Positions 27,701 through 37,574 of a stretch of DNA of 64,000 nucleotides are shown one piece after another. The DNA lies in assembly GCA_905197955.1 (NCBI GenBank), contig CAJKAR010000001.1:79764-143763 (forward strand), given 5' to 3'. How positions within the stretch are numbered: the stretch's first letter is position 1; every line of letters begins with the position of its first letter. The stretch comes from an uncultured Lentisphaeria bacterium (GTDB lineage: Bacteria; Verrucomicrobiota; Lentisphaeria; Victivallales; UBA1829). The notes beneath the pieces were generated by a model that saw only the letters and a list, made by a program, of their open reading frames with translations, was not told where the DNA came from and made no database searches. The position numbers were made by a program, and so were the translations under genes.

Positions 27701-29090
27701 GATTCAGAAAGAGGCCGGGTTCCCGCAGGAACTCTACGGAAAAGAGAAAAAAGACGGTGTCATCCTCATCGCCACAGCGAATACCGCAAGAAGACTCGAA
27801 AACAACGCCGACCTCTATCTCTATGGACGCAACACCAACCGCGGCTCTCAGGAGCTTTACCGGAAAAACGATGCACTCGCCCTCAACTGCGCGGGACTCA
27901 ATGAGAATATCGGCACGCATGCAAAAGCGGCGAAACGGTGGTGGTGGCGCGTCAACAACGTCACCGTCTACGACCGCAAACCGATCGGCGACTTCGGCTA
28001 CGCGGACCTGATCCACCTCATCCGCAAACACGTTCCGAAGCACGTTTTCCACACATGGAACGACATCAATCTGCCGACGGCCCACGGGGAGCAGGCGCGC
28101 CGTTTCCTCAAAGCATTCTACTGCGTCCCGACCGGAGAATCGCTGCAGCAGAACTCGGTAAAAGGAATCGATGCCCGTTATCTCGGAAACCGTCTGATTC
28201 TGGTCAACGCAACCCCCTTCCCGCTGAACGGAACTCTGGAGTATCCGGGAACCTTCCAGGATCTCGTTTACGACGGGACCTTTCAGGGGAAACAGACTTT
28301 GACGATCCGTCCGTTCTCACTCCTTGTCTGGCACTCGGAAGGCGGAGCGGAGAATTTCAAAGGATCCTTCCGCTTCCGTCCGGAAGACGAACAGGACATT
28401 CTTCTGATGGGAAAACAGATTCTTCAGGAACGCTCCCTCACCCGGAAAATTCCGAAAGAAAATCTCAAACGGATCGCGGACGCCGTGAAAAAACAGGACT
28501 GCTACACTCTGAAAAAAGAGATGGATGACTTCGAAGTTCTCTACTACGCCAAACGGTTCTTTGAAAGCAAAGCGCAGATGGAAAAACAGCAGCAGCTTCT
28601 CCGGGAACTGAACCGTCGCGGAGTTGTCCGAATCAACTGCGGAGCACCGGAGGATCTGACCGACTCCAAAGGCAACCACTGGTTCGCCGATCAGCTCTAC
28701 ACCGGATTCAACGCCTACGGATGCGAATACGGGACATTCGTTTCCCGCGGGAAAATCACCGTGAAAAACACGGATTTCCCCGAAATCTTCACAACCGAGG
28801 CCTACGGAGCGCAGATGTTCTACCAGATTCCTCTTCCGAACGGACGCTATACCGTGAAGATTCATTTTGCGGAAACGTATGAACCGAATCGGGAGAACGG
28901 CCGGACCTTCGATCTTCAAGTCGGCGGAACGAGCAGGAAAAATCTGAATCCGGTACATCTGGGAGGCGGCTTCCAGTCCGCCGCATCGGTGACATGGGAG
29001 GAGGTGGAGGTCAAGCGGGGACTGCTGACCATCAAGGCAAGCGGCAATCCAGCCATCAACGGAATCGAAATTTTCAAGGAGGACAAATAA
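24771..29090 (+). CDS. Giant secreted carbohydrate-active protein with a C-terminal malectin domain
   Basis: Start at MKRHLLFAGVFFCTVLLSAQ (signal peptide). A galactose-binding-like region (NVIAIRDQFYGG...WKPP) is present. The C-terminal ~160 aa is malectin-like (GNHWFADQLY...YTVKIHFAETY...INGIEIF). Confidence 0.6.
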   Translation: MKRHLLFAGVFFCTVLLSAQELLYTPGPTMGIAVNPKENNLWKTRIMDASRKIRNEELFETAGDFFSIQYGKPFVFQSDLFREFKIKTSAPYRIADGALQFRTGKKGWSMLFGAEPGDEKTPAIRFGAGWGKDRSNAWRIELEIEQDVEKTDWMISRSTGDSKFYTNNQFFSVKGKGPQKFIRKMGWIGYPVPQIARGLKIECRTPGANIRIRSMRIVPFSGNLFWRREIQIPFRPIAAKLSWMHKTGNYDVFVNGVKIAAGQHILRTGVETFDLEKQLKQGKNVIAIRDQFYGGLSQNSSIQLEGIVIGRNGETLRIPGDREWRWSYQAPEGWEKTDFAATTWKPPVLRPAGISYLPNKTQISSGFAPDHMGMLDVRTEAVKYPVFDYDKEIAWRVRVPAGVQNPALKLEIREADSNQLQETLILKESHVNGDFREFTVRPKLRKTGAYRTFWTLTAGGKTLDTCRGEMIIAGPIQQDTFALKDFEQELEKRLQLVQKIDCTDPNPAPDTFLDHTGKYTKPILNPGKVVTRNGMTYRETGSGLLDYFCYKLNLPATGEAMIAELVIPDDADRYIYSAVLETIPAGMEHNTPPLGSKAWPNASGTVSTGDLYPLSNGKKKFRYVFFPGTKNTTLIVQNGRAGIPAAVCEINIYAVKGGLPALRIPETDRTYGNHNERLIFTAWGSYRDALAYGTEAHLVQYYDGAWLNAYRAIARKIQFLRFQGHNASVEGAFMYEKGVFSPRHSQIVLNNDRFDYYYALLKLYRHNGIKTFVGFEYMRSSALDAMGAFDTSDAQVHSGEKRSVYMIDRFGRQVVGYLGMGLNCMNPVVWGTVTDLLKELYERYDGIGSVEGLVTLNGSWWLPGFPSYSGMEASEVGYDDDFVEQFEHDTGIRLNLPRTGANRFAARYELLTGKYKHQWFEWRGKKIREKLLEMRKTISSGKQKWKLFSWPAKATAERNAFNTSGIRPEVRDEYMERIQKEAGFPQELYGKEKKDGVILIATANTARRLENNADLYLYGRNTNRGSQELYRKNDALALNCAGLNENIGTHAKAAKRWWWRVNNVTVYDRKPIGDFGYADLIHLIRKHVPKHVFHTWNDINLPTAHGEQARRFLKAFYCVPTGESLQQNSVKGIDARYLGNRLILVNATPFPLNGTLEYPGTFQDLVYDGTFQGKQTLTIRPFSLLVWHSEGGAENFKGSFRFRPEDEQDILLMGKQILQERSLTRKIPKENLKRIADAVKKQDCYTLKKEMDDFEVLYYAKRFFESKAQMEKQQQLLRELNRRGVVRINCGAPEDLTDSKGNHWFADQLYTGFNAYGCEYGTFVSRGKITVKNTDFPEIFTTEAYGAQMFYQIPLPNGRYTVKIHFAETYEPNRENGRTFDLQVGGTSRKNLNPVHLGGGFQSAASVTWEEVEVKRGLLTIKASGNPAINGIEIFKEDK

Positions 29091-29848
29091 TGAACACAAA
29101 ACTTCAAATGATCGCCGGAGCTCTATGCGCAGCAGTGCTTCTTTCCGCAGACACGCTTCTGGACGTGGAACCGGGAACGGTTCTTCAGGATCGCTGGAAC
29201 AGAAAACTGCATAAGAATTTCTCATCCGGATCCAGCAAAACCGGAGTCAAAGCCATTCAGGAGAAGGGAAAAACGATCGCCCGTTACCAGTCCGGCTCCA
29301 GCACGCTGTATCAGATTTCGGGAAGCGAATCGTGCGGAACGGAGAATCTGACATTCACGGTTCTGGCGCGTGCGGAAGGAAAATCGGGAGAGGGATATCT
29401 CCTTTATGCCGGAGCGGGAAGTCTTGCAAAACCCGGACTCCGTCTCGGCCTGCGCGCAGAAAAGGATGGTCTGCAGGCTTACGGACTGCTGGTTGCGGCA
29501 TCCTCCAGCGAAAAAGAAAAAAAATTCGCCTCCGTCCGGATGAAAAAGGATCTCCGGATCGAACCGGGCAAGTGGACCGTTTTCACGCTTGCGGCCAACC
29601 GATCCGGTGATCTTCAGCTTTTTGTAAACGGGGAACTGGCAGCGGCAAAATCAATCCGCCAGTTTGAAAAGGAGAATCTTTACCCGAAGCAGCCGCTCTT
29701 TTCCACACTTCTTCCCAAAGGAAAAGAGAATGCGGAACAGCCGATCCGAATCGATATTGCTGGCATCATCATCCGCAATGAACTCATGAGTTCCGCGGAA
29801 ATCCTCCGGGAAGCGGAAGATTTGCTGGATGAAATGGAGAAAAAATAA
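29090..29848 (+). CDS. Secreted LamG/concanavalin-like domain protein
   Basis: TAATG overlap with the upstream gene. Signal peptide MNTKLQMIAGALCAAVLLSA. LamG-like pattern (WTVFTLAANRSGDLQLFVNGEL). Confidence 0.5.
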   Translation: MNTKLQMIAGALCAAVLLSADTLLDVEPGTVLQDRWNRKLHKNFSSGSSKTGVKAIQEKGKTIARYQSGSSTLYQISGSESCGTENLTFTVLARAEGKSGEGYLLYAGAGSLAKPGLRLGLRAEKDGLQAYGLLVAASSSEKEKKFASVRMKKDLRIEPGKWTVFTLAANRSGDLQLFVNGELAAAKSIRQFEKENLYPKQPLFSTLLPKGKENAEQPIRIDIAGIIIRNELMSSAEILREAEDLLDEMEKK

Positions 29849-29851
29849 TTT

Positions 29852-31285
29852 ATGCGAACGGCGATCCGGCTTCTGTTTTTTGCGTTGACTCTGCTCTGCG
29901 GTGCGGAAGAGATCGGTCTGGACACCCTCCCCTGGACCGATGCCGCCTACAGCTGGACTCCCGATGGGCCGGCCCTCCCGCAGATCAATCGGAATCTGAG
30001 CGGAAAAGGACCGATCCGGATCGGCGGAAAAACTTTTTCCAGAGGAATCTGCGGGCATACGGGATTCAGCATCGTTTATCGTCTGGACCGGACGGCAGAT
30101 TCCTTTTCCGCCTGGTTCGGGATCGACGAGGAACAACATCCAAAGGATCGCCCGGAAAAAACCGATGTCCGTTTCATCATTCTCGCCGACCACCGGAAGG
30201 TGCTGGACCGGACCCTGCCGCTCGGAGCGAAAGCGGAAAAGGCGGAAATCGATCTGCGCGGAGTTCATCAGCTGGAGCTGCGGGGAGAATACGGATGCGG
30301 ATTCCGTCTTCAGCGGGTTGCCTGGGCGGAACCGGTATTCCGAACGCGGACACCGGAAAAACTCCGGGCGGCACTGAAGAGAAACCGTCTGGAACACGAA
30401 CGGAAACTGGCGTTCATCCCGGAGTATCCCTCCGCGCCGGACTGGAAAAACAAGCAGATCAGAAAGGTTCGCTGGAACGGATTCGAAAACGCATGGCGCA
30501 TCGAATGGAGCTCCTTCGAAGCCCTGCTCCTGCCCGAATACGGTGGAAGAATCATGGAATTCCGGAAAAAAGGAGGAGAAAATCTGCTGAAAACAACCGT
30601 TTTTCCAGGACCGGAAAGGCTGCTGCGGGGGAAAACTCCAGACCGGAGCGGTGGGCATTTCATGCGTTTTCATCCATCGCCGGCCTTCTATCCGAATGAC
30701 CCGCTGCTGAAGCATGCGCCATATACAATCGCATTTCCAGCGGAGGGTGAGATCGTCATGACCTCGCCGGAAAGCACGCTTTTCCGCATCATTTTTGAGT
30801 ACCGTCTAAAGCTCGAACCGGACGGGCTTTCCATCGAAAACCGGATCATCAACAAGGCGCCGTACCGGAGAGAACTCGGCATCTGGAGCATCACCCGTCT
30901 GGAGACCTCCTCCCTTGCCCGTCTTCTCCTTCCGCCGGAACGGAGGAATCCTCCGGCAAAGCTCCTTCTCGAACAACGGGGGAATCTTCTGAATCTGATC
31001 CGGACTCCGGAACGGATGATTCTGGATCTTTCCACCGATCCGCCGGAACGCTTCTCCTTTGCACAGCTCCGCTGCTGGAGCGATCCGCCGGAAATCCGGA
31101 CAGAGGGAAGAAATGGTACCAGGATGCGCATCCGATATCAGACTCCGGCAGAGGATCTGAACGGAGAGTATCCGGTTCATATTTTCATCAACAGCGCACT
31201 GACCGAGGAGGAGTCGCACTCTCAGACTCTTCCCCGAGAAACGGGAGAAGCTCTCTCCTTCCGGGAACACTGGAGCATAGAATGA
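29852..31285 (+). CDS. Secreted NPCBM/NEW2 domain protein with a beta-sandwich C-terminal region
   Basis: N-terminal NPCBM-like block (IRIGGKTFSRGICGHTGFSIVYRL...FIILADHRKVL...LRGVHQLELR). Confidence 0.55.
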   Translation: MRTAIRLLFFALTLLCGAEEIGLDTLPWTDAAYSWTPDGPALPQINRNLSGKGPIRIGGKTFSRGICGHTGFSIVYRLDRTADSFSAWFGIDEEQHPKDRPEKTDVRFIILADHRKVLDRTLPLGAKAEKAEIDLRGVHQLELRGEYGCGFRLQRVAWAEPVFRTRTPEKLRAALKRNRLEHERKLAFIPEYPSAPDWKNKQIRKVRWNGFENAWRIEWSSFEALLLPEYGGRIMEFRKKGGENLLKTTVFPGPERLLRGKTPDRSGGHFMRFHPSPAFYPNDPLLKHAPYTIAFPAEGEIVMTSPESTLFRIIFEYRLKLEPDGLSIENRIINKAPYRRELGIWSITRLETSSLARLLLPPERRNPPAKLLLEQRGNLLNLIRTPERMILDLSTDPPERFSFAQLRCWSDPPEIRTEGRNGTRMRIRYQTPAEDLNGEYPVHIFINSALTEEESHSQTLPRETGEALSFREHWSIE

Positions 31286-31301
31286 CAAACGGAGGATCGG
31301 A

Positions 31302-32513
31302 ATGACCAATCTGAACAAACTCTCCCAACGGGTGGAAGAGGAACTGAAAAAACGTTTTCTCTCTCCGGACGGCATCCTTTATGACTACGCTGGCCCCAAC
31401 GGTGAAGTGGAACTGCCGGAACCGGAAGAGTGCCGCATCAATTTTCCCAATCCTTTCGGCTGGTGGACTCCGATTGAAAACGGAGCGTTCTTCACCGGAG
31501 ATTATCTGCTTGGGGTCCTGCGCAATCCATGGTCTGTGCGGACACCGGAACGGGAGGAATGGATCCGCACGCTTCTTCACGGACTTTTCCGACTTCAGGA
31601 TGAATCTCAGTGTGACGGATGCATTCTGCGCGGAATCGGTTCCGATGGAAAATGTCATTATCCGGCAAGCTCCTGCGATCAGGTTGTTCCCTGGCTGCTT
31701 GCGCTGTATGAGTTTCGGCGCCATCCGACGGCATCGGAACAGGAAAAAACGGAATGCCGGAAACGTATGCTCCGGCTCCTGAGTGCATTGAAAGAGCGGA
31801 ACTGGACCATTCCCGGCGATGCCCCCGGATATGAGCGCGGAAGTTTTCTCTCAGGAGAAACACCCGAAGCGGCAGTCGTTTCCTCCGTCAATCTTCTTCT
31901 GGCGACCGCTCTGGCCGCCGATCTGACCGGAGGGGAAGCGGAACAGAAACTGCACACTCATGCCGCACTCGAAGCTCTTTCGTTCGGACAAAACCGTTTG
32001 CAGATTCTTTCCGCCGGCCTTGCCGGACACCCCCTCTGGATGGGATGGTTCCTCGCCCACACAATTTATGCAATGCGGCTGCTGACAGAACTTTCTCCTC
32101 TGCCGGAAGTCCGGATGGCCGCGCAAAAAGGAATCGAACGTTCCGCACACAATTTTGCTGACGCTCTTCCGGAGTGGAAAAAATATCGGAAGAATCTTGC
32201 CTTCTCCCCCGACTGGAGAATCTGCGGACAGGAATGGCAGGTGCATTCAAGCTGTGCCGAAGGAGAGAAAATCGCCCTCCGGGAACTTCCGCTCTGGAAT
32301 AAGCGATCCCCACGCATCAAGGAGGAAAAAAATACGATCCGGCATACGCTTTCCGCCGCATGGATCGTCCAGCTTTCCGGAGATCCGGAGCTGAAACGGA
32401 GGGCTCAGAAAGAGATATCACAACTCATGGACAGCCTGCCGCTTTCGGAACTGTGTGATGTCTCCTTCTTTCTTCTGGAAAATGTGATTGCCGAATGGCA
32501 GCCTTCCCTCTGA
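31302..32513 (+). CDS. Hypothetical protein, alpha-helical (possible six-hairpin glycosidase-like)
   Basis: 403-aa ORF in the operon with no signal peptide. The call rests only on helical-repeat character and context. Confidence 0.3.
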   Translation: MTNLNKLSQRVEEELKKRFLSPDGILYDYAGPNGEVELPEPEECRINFPNPFGWWTPIENGAFFTGDYLLGVLRNPWSVRTPEREEWIRTLLHGLFRLQDESQCDGCILRGIGSDGKCHYPASSCDQVVPWLLALYEFRRHPTASEQEKTECRKRMLRLLSALKERNWTIPGDAPGYERGSFLSGETPEAAVVSSVNLLLATALAADLTGGEAEQKLHTHAALEALSFGQNRLQILSAGLAGHPLWMGWFLAHTIYAMRLLTELSPLPEVRMAAQKGIERSAHNFADALPEWKKYRKNLAFSPDWRICGQEWQVHSSCAEGEKIALRELPLWNKRSPRIKEEKNTIRHTLSAAWIVQLSGDPELKRRAQKEISQLMDSLPLSELCDVSFFLLENVIAEWQPSL

Positions 32514-32865
32514 AAAATCAGCGTCCCGACCGGCAGTACGGTACGGCGGGAGCTGCAAGAATGTTTTCTCCCCCCGCGGCCTCCCGCAGAACCGCACCGA
32601 ATTTCGACAGGAACAGTTGAAAAATAGATTGGAATGCGTTAGAGTACGGGAAATGGAGCTTCCCGATGCGGATTGATGACAGAAGATGCTGACTCCGTGT
32701 TTTCTTCAGGAAAGGAATGCTGTTCCGAATGACGACACGGACAAGAATCTCTGGCGGGAAAAATGTCAACGCATTTTGCTGTTTTGAGTCTCCCGCCATC
32801 CCGCATCGGCGCGCAGCTCCCCCGCAGAAACAACACGGACTGAAGGAAAGAAAGACAGAGAACTT

Positions 32866-34845
32866 ATGATTCATACGTTCAAGAATCATCTGCCCTGTGC
32901 GGAGAATGGATTCGGATTGGATTTCAACCATTACGTCTCAGGCAGAATCGCGGCGGATGTGGTCAGACACGGAGGCATCGCCGGAGTGTATTATGTCGGA
33001 AAACAGGGATTCCGCCGTGCCGGAATCCTTTCGGGATCGCAGGAATCCGCTTTTGCCAAGGTCGGACGGATTCAAATCATCATCAACGGCCGAAACTACT
33101 ATCCGGAATTCCATCATACGACCCACTACTCTTTCGGATTCCGCTCGGAATGTGAACTGGAAGGAGTCCGTATCCGTCATGAGCTTCTGCTGGACCAGAA
33201 TACACTCTACCAGCAGATTCGCGTTCTCGACAATCCGGAAGGGAAAAGCATCCGCGCCCGGGCGCTTCTGCACGGACATGTTTTCACCCGTCTGCCCGAC
33301 CGGAACACGGAAAACTGGACGATCCTGCCGGATGGCTCCATGCAGACTCGAATACATGATCCATCCGGATCGGTTTTCCTCCGTTTTCTCTGTTCCGTAC
33401 CTTGTACGACAGTCTCCCGGCATGAACCTTTCAAGTATTATATGGAGGCCAAAGATCCCGGAGAACTCTTTGCTTTTGCCTTCCAGTTCGACTCCACGGA
33501 TGCGCCGGATTTTGCAGCGGCGGCGGAACGGATCGATCTCTGGGAAAAACAGTTCCGGGAAGGAGTGCGCTTCCAGACGGGGAATTCAGCGGTTGATTCC
33601 GCATTGAACAATGTGATTCCGTCCTTGAAATCCCTTGTTGTAGCAGGAAAACCGGGGGCACTCCGGGCATCGCAATCCTACTGGATCTGGGGATGGGACA
33701 GCATGGTCCATGCGGAGGCTCTTCTCTGGAGCGGCAATGCCGGAATTGTCCGAGACATGCTCCGCTTCTACCGGGAAACAGCCGATCCGGTCAAAGGCAT
33801 CGCCCACTGCATGGATGACGCCTTCCGGCCCGAAACCTGCATGCCGCCGTGTTCCCAGGGACTCTATATCGTCATGCTCGCCAATTACTGTGCGGCGACC
33901 GGCGATCTGGAAACAGGACGGGAATTCTATGACTTCGCCAAATGGATTCTGGAATCATCCGGACATGATAGAAGTCCGCATTGTTCTCTGGGAACAGCCA
34001 TCGGCTTCTTCCCGGATTTTCCCGGTCTGCTCGAACAGAAAGAGTGCGATATCAGCCTCATCAACAACTCTCTCTATCTGCAGGCATTGAAATCCATTGC
34101 CGCGCTGGAAACGGCGCTGGGAATGGAGGAGGAATCGCTGCGCCACAGCCGCGAAGCCAGACAGCTTCAAACGGATATGGAATCCATTCTCTGGGATGAA
34201 AAGGCCGGATACTGGTGCGATTCCGCCGACGGGAATACACTCCGTCCGCGCCCCTATTATCCGCTCTACGGCCAGCTTTACACCTCCCCCTTCGGAGATG
34301 ATCCGCATACTGAAAGCCGTCGGCGGATCGCAGACTTTCTCAAACAGCATTTCCGTTTTGCTCAAGGTCTCTACATGTTCCCGCCCGACAATGCGGCATT
34401 CATGGCCGACGGCAACCAGCTCGGAGCCTACTATCCTCCCGTTGACCGCTATTTCTGGAATATGATGAACCGCTCCGGCGATGCGGAATCCGTCGTCTAC
34501 TTCCATCAGATCGTGGAACACTACTGGGCATATCACGCCTATCCGGAAGGGCTGACGCACGAAACCGAAAACATGGATCCCACCATCGACAATCCGGGAT
34601 GCAAACAGGCATTTTCCATGAAGGGATGGTTCTGCGATGCCCTGGAACTTCATCTCGGGCTCAAAGTGTTCATGGATGGATTCACACTGAATCCATTGAA
34701 AACAGGAGAATCATTCCGGGTGGAAAATCTGATCCTGCGCGGCAAAAAACTTTCTCTGGAGCGGCTTCCAGACGGAACCGTTCTTCTGAACGGAAAGCCG
34801 GCTCCTGCGGGAAAAATCACCTGGAAAATGTTCGCAGAACTCTGA
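32866..34845 (+). CDS. (alpha/alpha)6-barrel glycoside hydrolase-like protein (GH15/GH63/GDE-type)
   Basis: 659 aa. QSYWIWGWDSMVHAEALL and downstream helical repeats resemble six-hairpin glycosidases. Confidence 0.5.
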   Translation: MIHTFKNHLPCAENGFGLDFNHYVSGRIAADVVRHGGIAGVYYVGKQGFRRAGILSGSQESAFAKVGRIQIIINGRNYYPEFHHTTHYSFGFRSECELEGVRIRHELLLDQNTLYQQIRVLDNPEGKSIRARALLHGHVFTRLPDRNTENWTILPDGSMQTRIHDPSGSVFLRFLCSVPCTTVSRHEPFKYYMEAKDPGELFAFAFQFDSTDAPDFAAAAERIDLWEKQFREGVRFQTGNSAVDSALNNVIPSLKSLVVAGKPGALRASQSYWIWGWDSMVHAEALLWSGNAGIVRDMLRFYRETADPVKGIAHCMDDAFRPETCMPPCSQGLYIVMLANYCAATGDLETGREFYDFAKWILESSGHDRSPHCSLGTAIGFFPDFPGLLEQKECDISLINNSLYLQALKSIAALETALGMEEESLRHSREARQLQTDMESILWDEKAGYWCDSADGNTLRPRPYYPLYGQLYTSPFGDDPHTESRRRIADFLKQHFRFAQGLYMFPPDNAAFMADGNQLGAYYPPVDRYFWNMMNRSGDAESVVYFHQIVEHYWAYHAYPEGLTHETENMDPTIDNPGCKQAFSMKGWFCDALELHLGLKVFMDGFTLNPLKTGESFRVENLILRGKKLSLERLPDGTVLLNGKPAPAGKITWKMFAEL

Positions 34846-34852
34846 CCATCAA

Positions 34853-34885
34853 GGGAAGCACGGAACCCCGTGCTTCCCGTTTTTT
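34853..34885 (+). terminator. Rho-independent terminator
   Basis: 10-bp stem (GGGAAGCACG 34853..34862 pairs with CGTGCTTCCC 34869..34878) followed by GTTTTTT. Confidence 0.85.
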
Positions 34886-34909
34886 CTCAAAAATAATGAC
34901 AGAGACCTC

Positions 34910-34937
34910 TTGACTTTTCATATTTTTCTGGTATAAT
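34910..34937 (+). promoter_or_regulatory. Sigma70 promoter with extended -10
   Basis: TTGACT (34910..34915), 16-nt spacer, TGgTATAAT (-10 at 34932..34937). It is followed by the palindrome TTTACTGGTAAA (34937..34948), a GntR-type GT..AC operator candidate. Confidence 0.65.
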
Positions 34938-34980
34938 TTACTGGTAAAACATCCATAATCTCAGTCATAAAAGAAAAATT

Positions 34981-36054
34981 ATGAGAAAAGAGAAATTCAA
35001 AGATATATTCGAGGATCTGTACCGGAAAATTACAAATGGAGAGCTTGTCGCCGGGACACAGCTGCCGTCGCTGCCGGCCCTGTCGGAACAATACGCAACC
35101 AGCCGTCCCACGATCCGAAAAGCACTGCAGCTTCTGGAAAAGCAGGGACTCGTCTCCTGCCGGAATGGAATCGGAGTAATGGTTTCCGATCCATCGAACC
35201 GGACAATGACTTCCAGAAAAAAACGTATTGAAATTGCCGCGGATCTGTTCCCTGGAGAAAACAATTATTTCAATTATATGACGCCTATTCTGAACGGACT
35301 TTCCAAGGCCAGTGAAAAACTCGGCTTTCATCTGAGTTTGCTCCAGAGATCGGAAATCGAGCACTGGAAAGAGGCGGAGGAACTGCCGGACGGACTCATT
35401 TTTCATGCACTTCCGGAACAGAAGTTGTCGCGGCATCTCATAGAAACCATTACGGGAAAAAATGTCCCGCTGATTCTGCTTAACCGGACAATCGAACATC
35501 CGGGAGTCGGCACGCTGTCTGTCGATTACCGCCAGGAAACCCGCCGTGCAGTATCCTGCATGATCCGGAACGGAGCAAAGCGCATCGTTCTCTACAAGAA
35601 TCCCGGCAGTTTGGAAAACGCTCTTCACCTCCGGGTTCTCGGCTGGCGTGATGCCTATCAGGAAAATGCTCTCCCCGTTCCGGAGGAACTCTGTATCACG
35701 GCGTCCTGCTACGAAGACGCCAACCATCAGCTCTCCACCATTCTGAAACGGGAACGCCCGGACATGATCTTCATTACAAACGGAACCTGTTTTTATCAGG
35801 TTTGCATCACCCTTGCCAGCCACAATTTTTCCGTTCCGGAAGATATCGCTCTGCTCTGTTTCGATGACATAGGAGCCCTTCAGGAAGAGTTCGGCATTCC
35901 GGCAAGCTACATCCGCATGCCGCTGGAACGCATGGGCATTGAAGCGGCAGAAAGTATCATAGCAATGAAAAACAATCCCTCTGCAACACTTCCGAGAAAG
36001 ATTTTCAACGCGGAACTGATCGTCAAGGGATGCCGGTATTTATTACAGAACTGA
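34981..36054 (+). CDS. AraR-type chimeric regulator (GntR wHTH + LacI/GalR-type domain)
   Basis: LPSLPALSEQYATSRPTIRKALQLLEKQGLVSCRNGIGV, then a periplasmic-binding-protein-like domain. Confidence 0.7.
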   Translation: MRKEKFKDIFEDLYRKITNGELVAGTQLPSLPALSEQYATSRPTIRKALQLLEKQGLVSCRNGIGVMVSDPSNRTMTSRKKRIEIAADLFPGENNYFNYMTPILNGLSKASEKLGFHLSLLQRSEIEHWKEAEELPDGLIFHALPEQKLSRHLIETITGKNVPLILLNRTIEHPGVGTLSVDYRQETRRAVSCMIRNGAKRIVLYKNPGSLENALHLRVLGWRDAYQENALPVPEELCITASCYEDANHQLSTILKRERPDMIFITNGTCFYQVCITLASHNFSVPEDIALLCFDDIGALQEEFGIPASYIRMPLERMGIEAAESIIAMKNNPSATLPRKIFNAELIVKGCRYLLQN

Positions 36055-36063
36055 GAGGGAATT

Positions 36064-36870
36064 ATGAGAAAGACTTTTTTTACACTGATAGAACTTCTTG
36101 TCGTTATTGCAATCATTGCAATTCTTACATCAATCCTGCTTCCTGGATTGCAGAAAGCAAGAAAATCGGCACAGGGTATTGCCTGTATGAACAATCTCAG
36201 CCAGATTGGAAAGGCCTCAGCCTCCTACAGTGGGGATAACGATGACTGGATCGTCCCGGGAATCTCCGACTGGGGCAACAATTCCACAAAATACTGGTTT
36301 GCAAAACTCTCCGGCACAGGAAACATCACACCGGGATACGGAACTATTTATTCAACAAAAAAAACGGGAAGTTCGGAAACCCCAGTCCATAGTGGCACAT
36401 TCATCTGCAATACCGACATCCGGAAGCTGACCGGCGATAAAAACACCGGCTTTGCCTACTCCATGTTCGGCGGCAACTGGTGCCTGATGGGAGATTTCAC
36501 CTCCACATCGAAATGGCGCGCATTCCTGCATAAAACCAGCACGATGCGCACCCCCTCCGCCGTCATTGTGGCAGGAGACAGCAATCAGGTTCAGAACGCT
36601 CTGCTGGATGGACCGACCGAATTCAGTTTCCGTCACGGAGGCATGGATATGCGTTCGACCGTGGAAACGCTGAATTCTCCGGTCCTTTCCAAGGGACGGG
36701 CTCAGATTATCTTTGGAGACGGTCATGCAGGAAGTCTTTCCTATGCTGCTTTTCTCATCCGCAGACTCGCGGAAAGCGATCGTTCCATCTATTTCCCCGG
36801 AGGAAATCCAGATTACGATCCGCTCATGTTCGGCTTCCGCTTCGACAACGGCGTCGCACCTGCGCTTTGA
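36064..36870 (+). CDS. Pilin-like DUF1559 / H-X9-DG family protein
   Basis: [34 protein letters not shown]-terminal FGDGHA. Confidence 0.85.
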   Translation: MRKTFFTLIELLVVIAIIAILTSILLPGLQKARKSAQGIACMNNLSQIGKASASYSGDNDDWIVPGISDWGNNSTKYWFAKLSGTGNITPGYGTIYSTKKTGSSETPVHSGTFICNTDIRKLTGDKNTGFAYSMFGGNWCLMGDFTSTSKWRAFLHKTSTMRTPSAVIVAGDSNQVQNALLDGPTEFSFRHGGMDMRSTVETLNSPVLSKGRAQIIFGDGHAGSLSYAAFLIRRLAESDRSIYFPGGNPDYDPLMFGFRFDNGVAPAL

Positions 36871-36886
36871 GCAGAAGGAGGTCCGG

Positions 36887-37549
36887 ATGTTTCTGTATGA
36901 TGTTCATGTTCATACGTCGGAAGCGAGCAAATGCTCCCCCCAGTCCGCTGCTGAAATGGTGGAGGAATACCATGCGAAAGGGTATAGGGGAATTATTGTC
37001 ACCGATCATTTCCTGAACGGCAACACACGGGTTCCCGCCGATCTGCCCTGGAAGGAACGCATCCGTCTTTTCTGCCTCGGATACGAGCATGCGGCAGAAC
37101 GGGGCAAACAGATCGGTCTGGATGTATTCTTCGGATGGGAAGCCAGTTTTCAAGGAAACGATTTTCTGACCTACGGACTGGATCGGCAATGGCTGGAGAA
37201 TCATCCGGATCTGCTTTCGCTCTCTCTGACGGAGTATCTGAAATTCATACGGGAAGAAGGCGGGACAGTCGTTCATGCGCATCCGTTCCGTCAGGCGGCA
37301 TATATCCCGTTCATCCGTCTGAATCCGAATCTGGTGGACGGAGTGGAAGTCCGCAATCACAACCGCCCCGATGCGGAAAACCATCGGAATTACTGGTATG
37401 CCGAAACATTTGATCTGCCTCAGACTGCGGGCTCGGATGCCCATAAGTGTTCCCAGATACCGCCGCGGGTTCTCGGTTCGGAAACGCGATGGAAAAGCGT
37501 TGCGGATTATACAGAGGCCCTGCGCCGGCGCACGTTGAGTATTTTTTAA
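36887..37549 (+). CDS. PHP-domain metal-dependent phosphoesterase
   Basis: Start at MFLYDVHVHTSEASKCS, preceded by GGAGG. Later His clusters (VVHAHPFR, GSDAH) fit the PHP fold. Confidence 0.7.
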   Translation: MFLYDVHVHTSEASKCSPQSAAEMVEEYHAKGYRGIIVTDHFLNGNTRVPADLPWKERIRLFCLGYEHAAERGKQIGLDVFFGWEASFQGNDFLTYGLDRQWLENHPDLLSLSLTEYLKFIREEGGTVVHAHPFRQAAYIPFIRLNPNLVDGVEVRNHNRPDAENHRNYWYAETFDLPQTAGSDAHKCSQIPPRVLGSETRWKSVADYTEALRRRTLSIF

Positions 37550-37574
37550 CATCAAATGATAAGGAGATGGAGGA

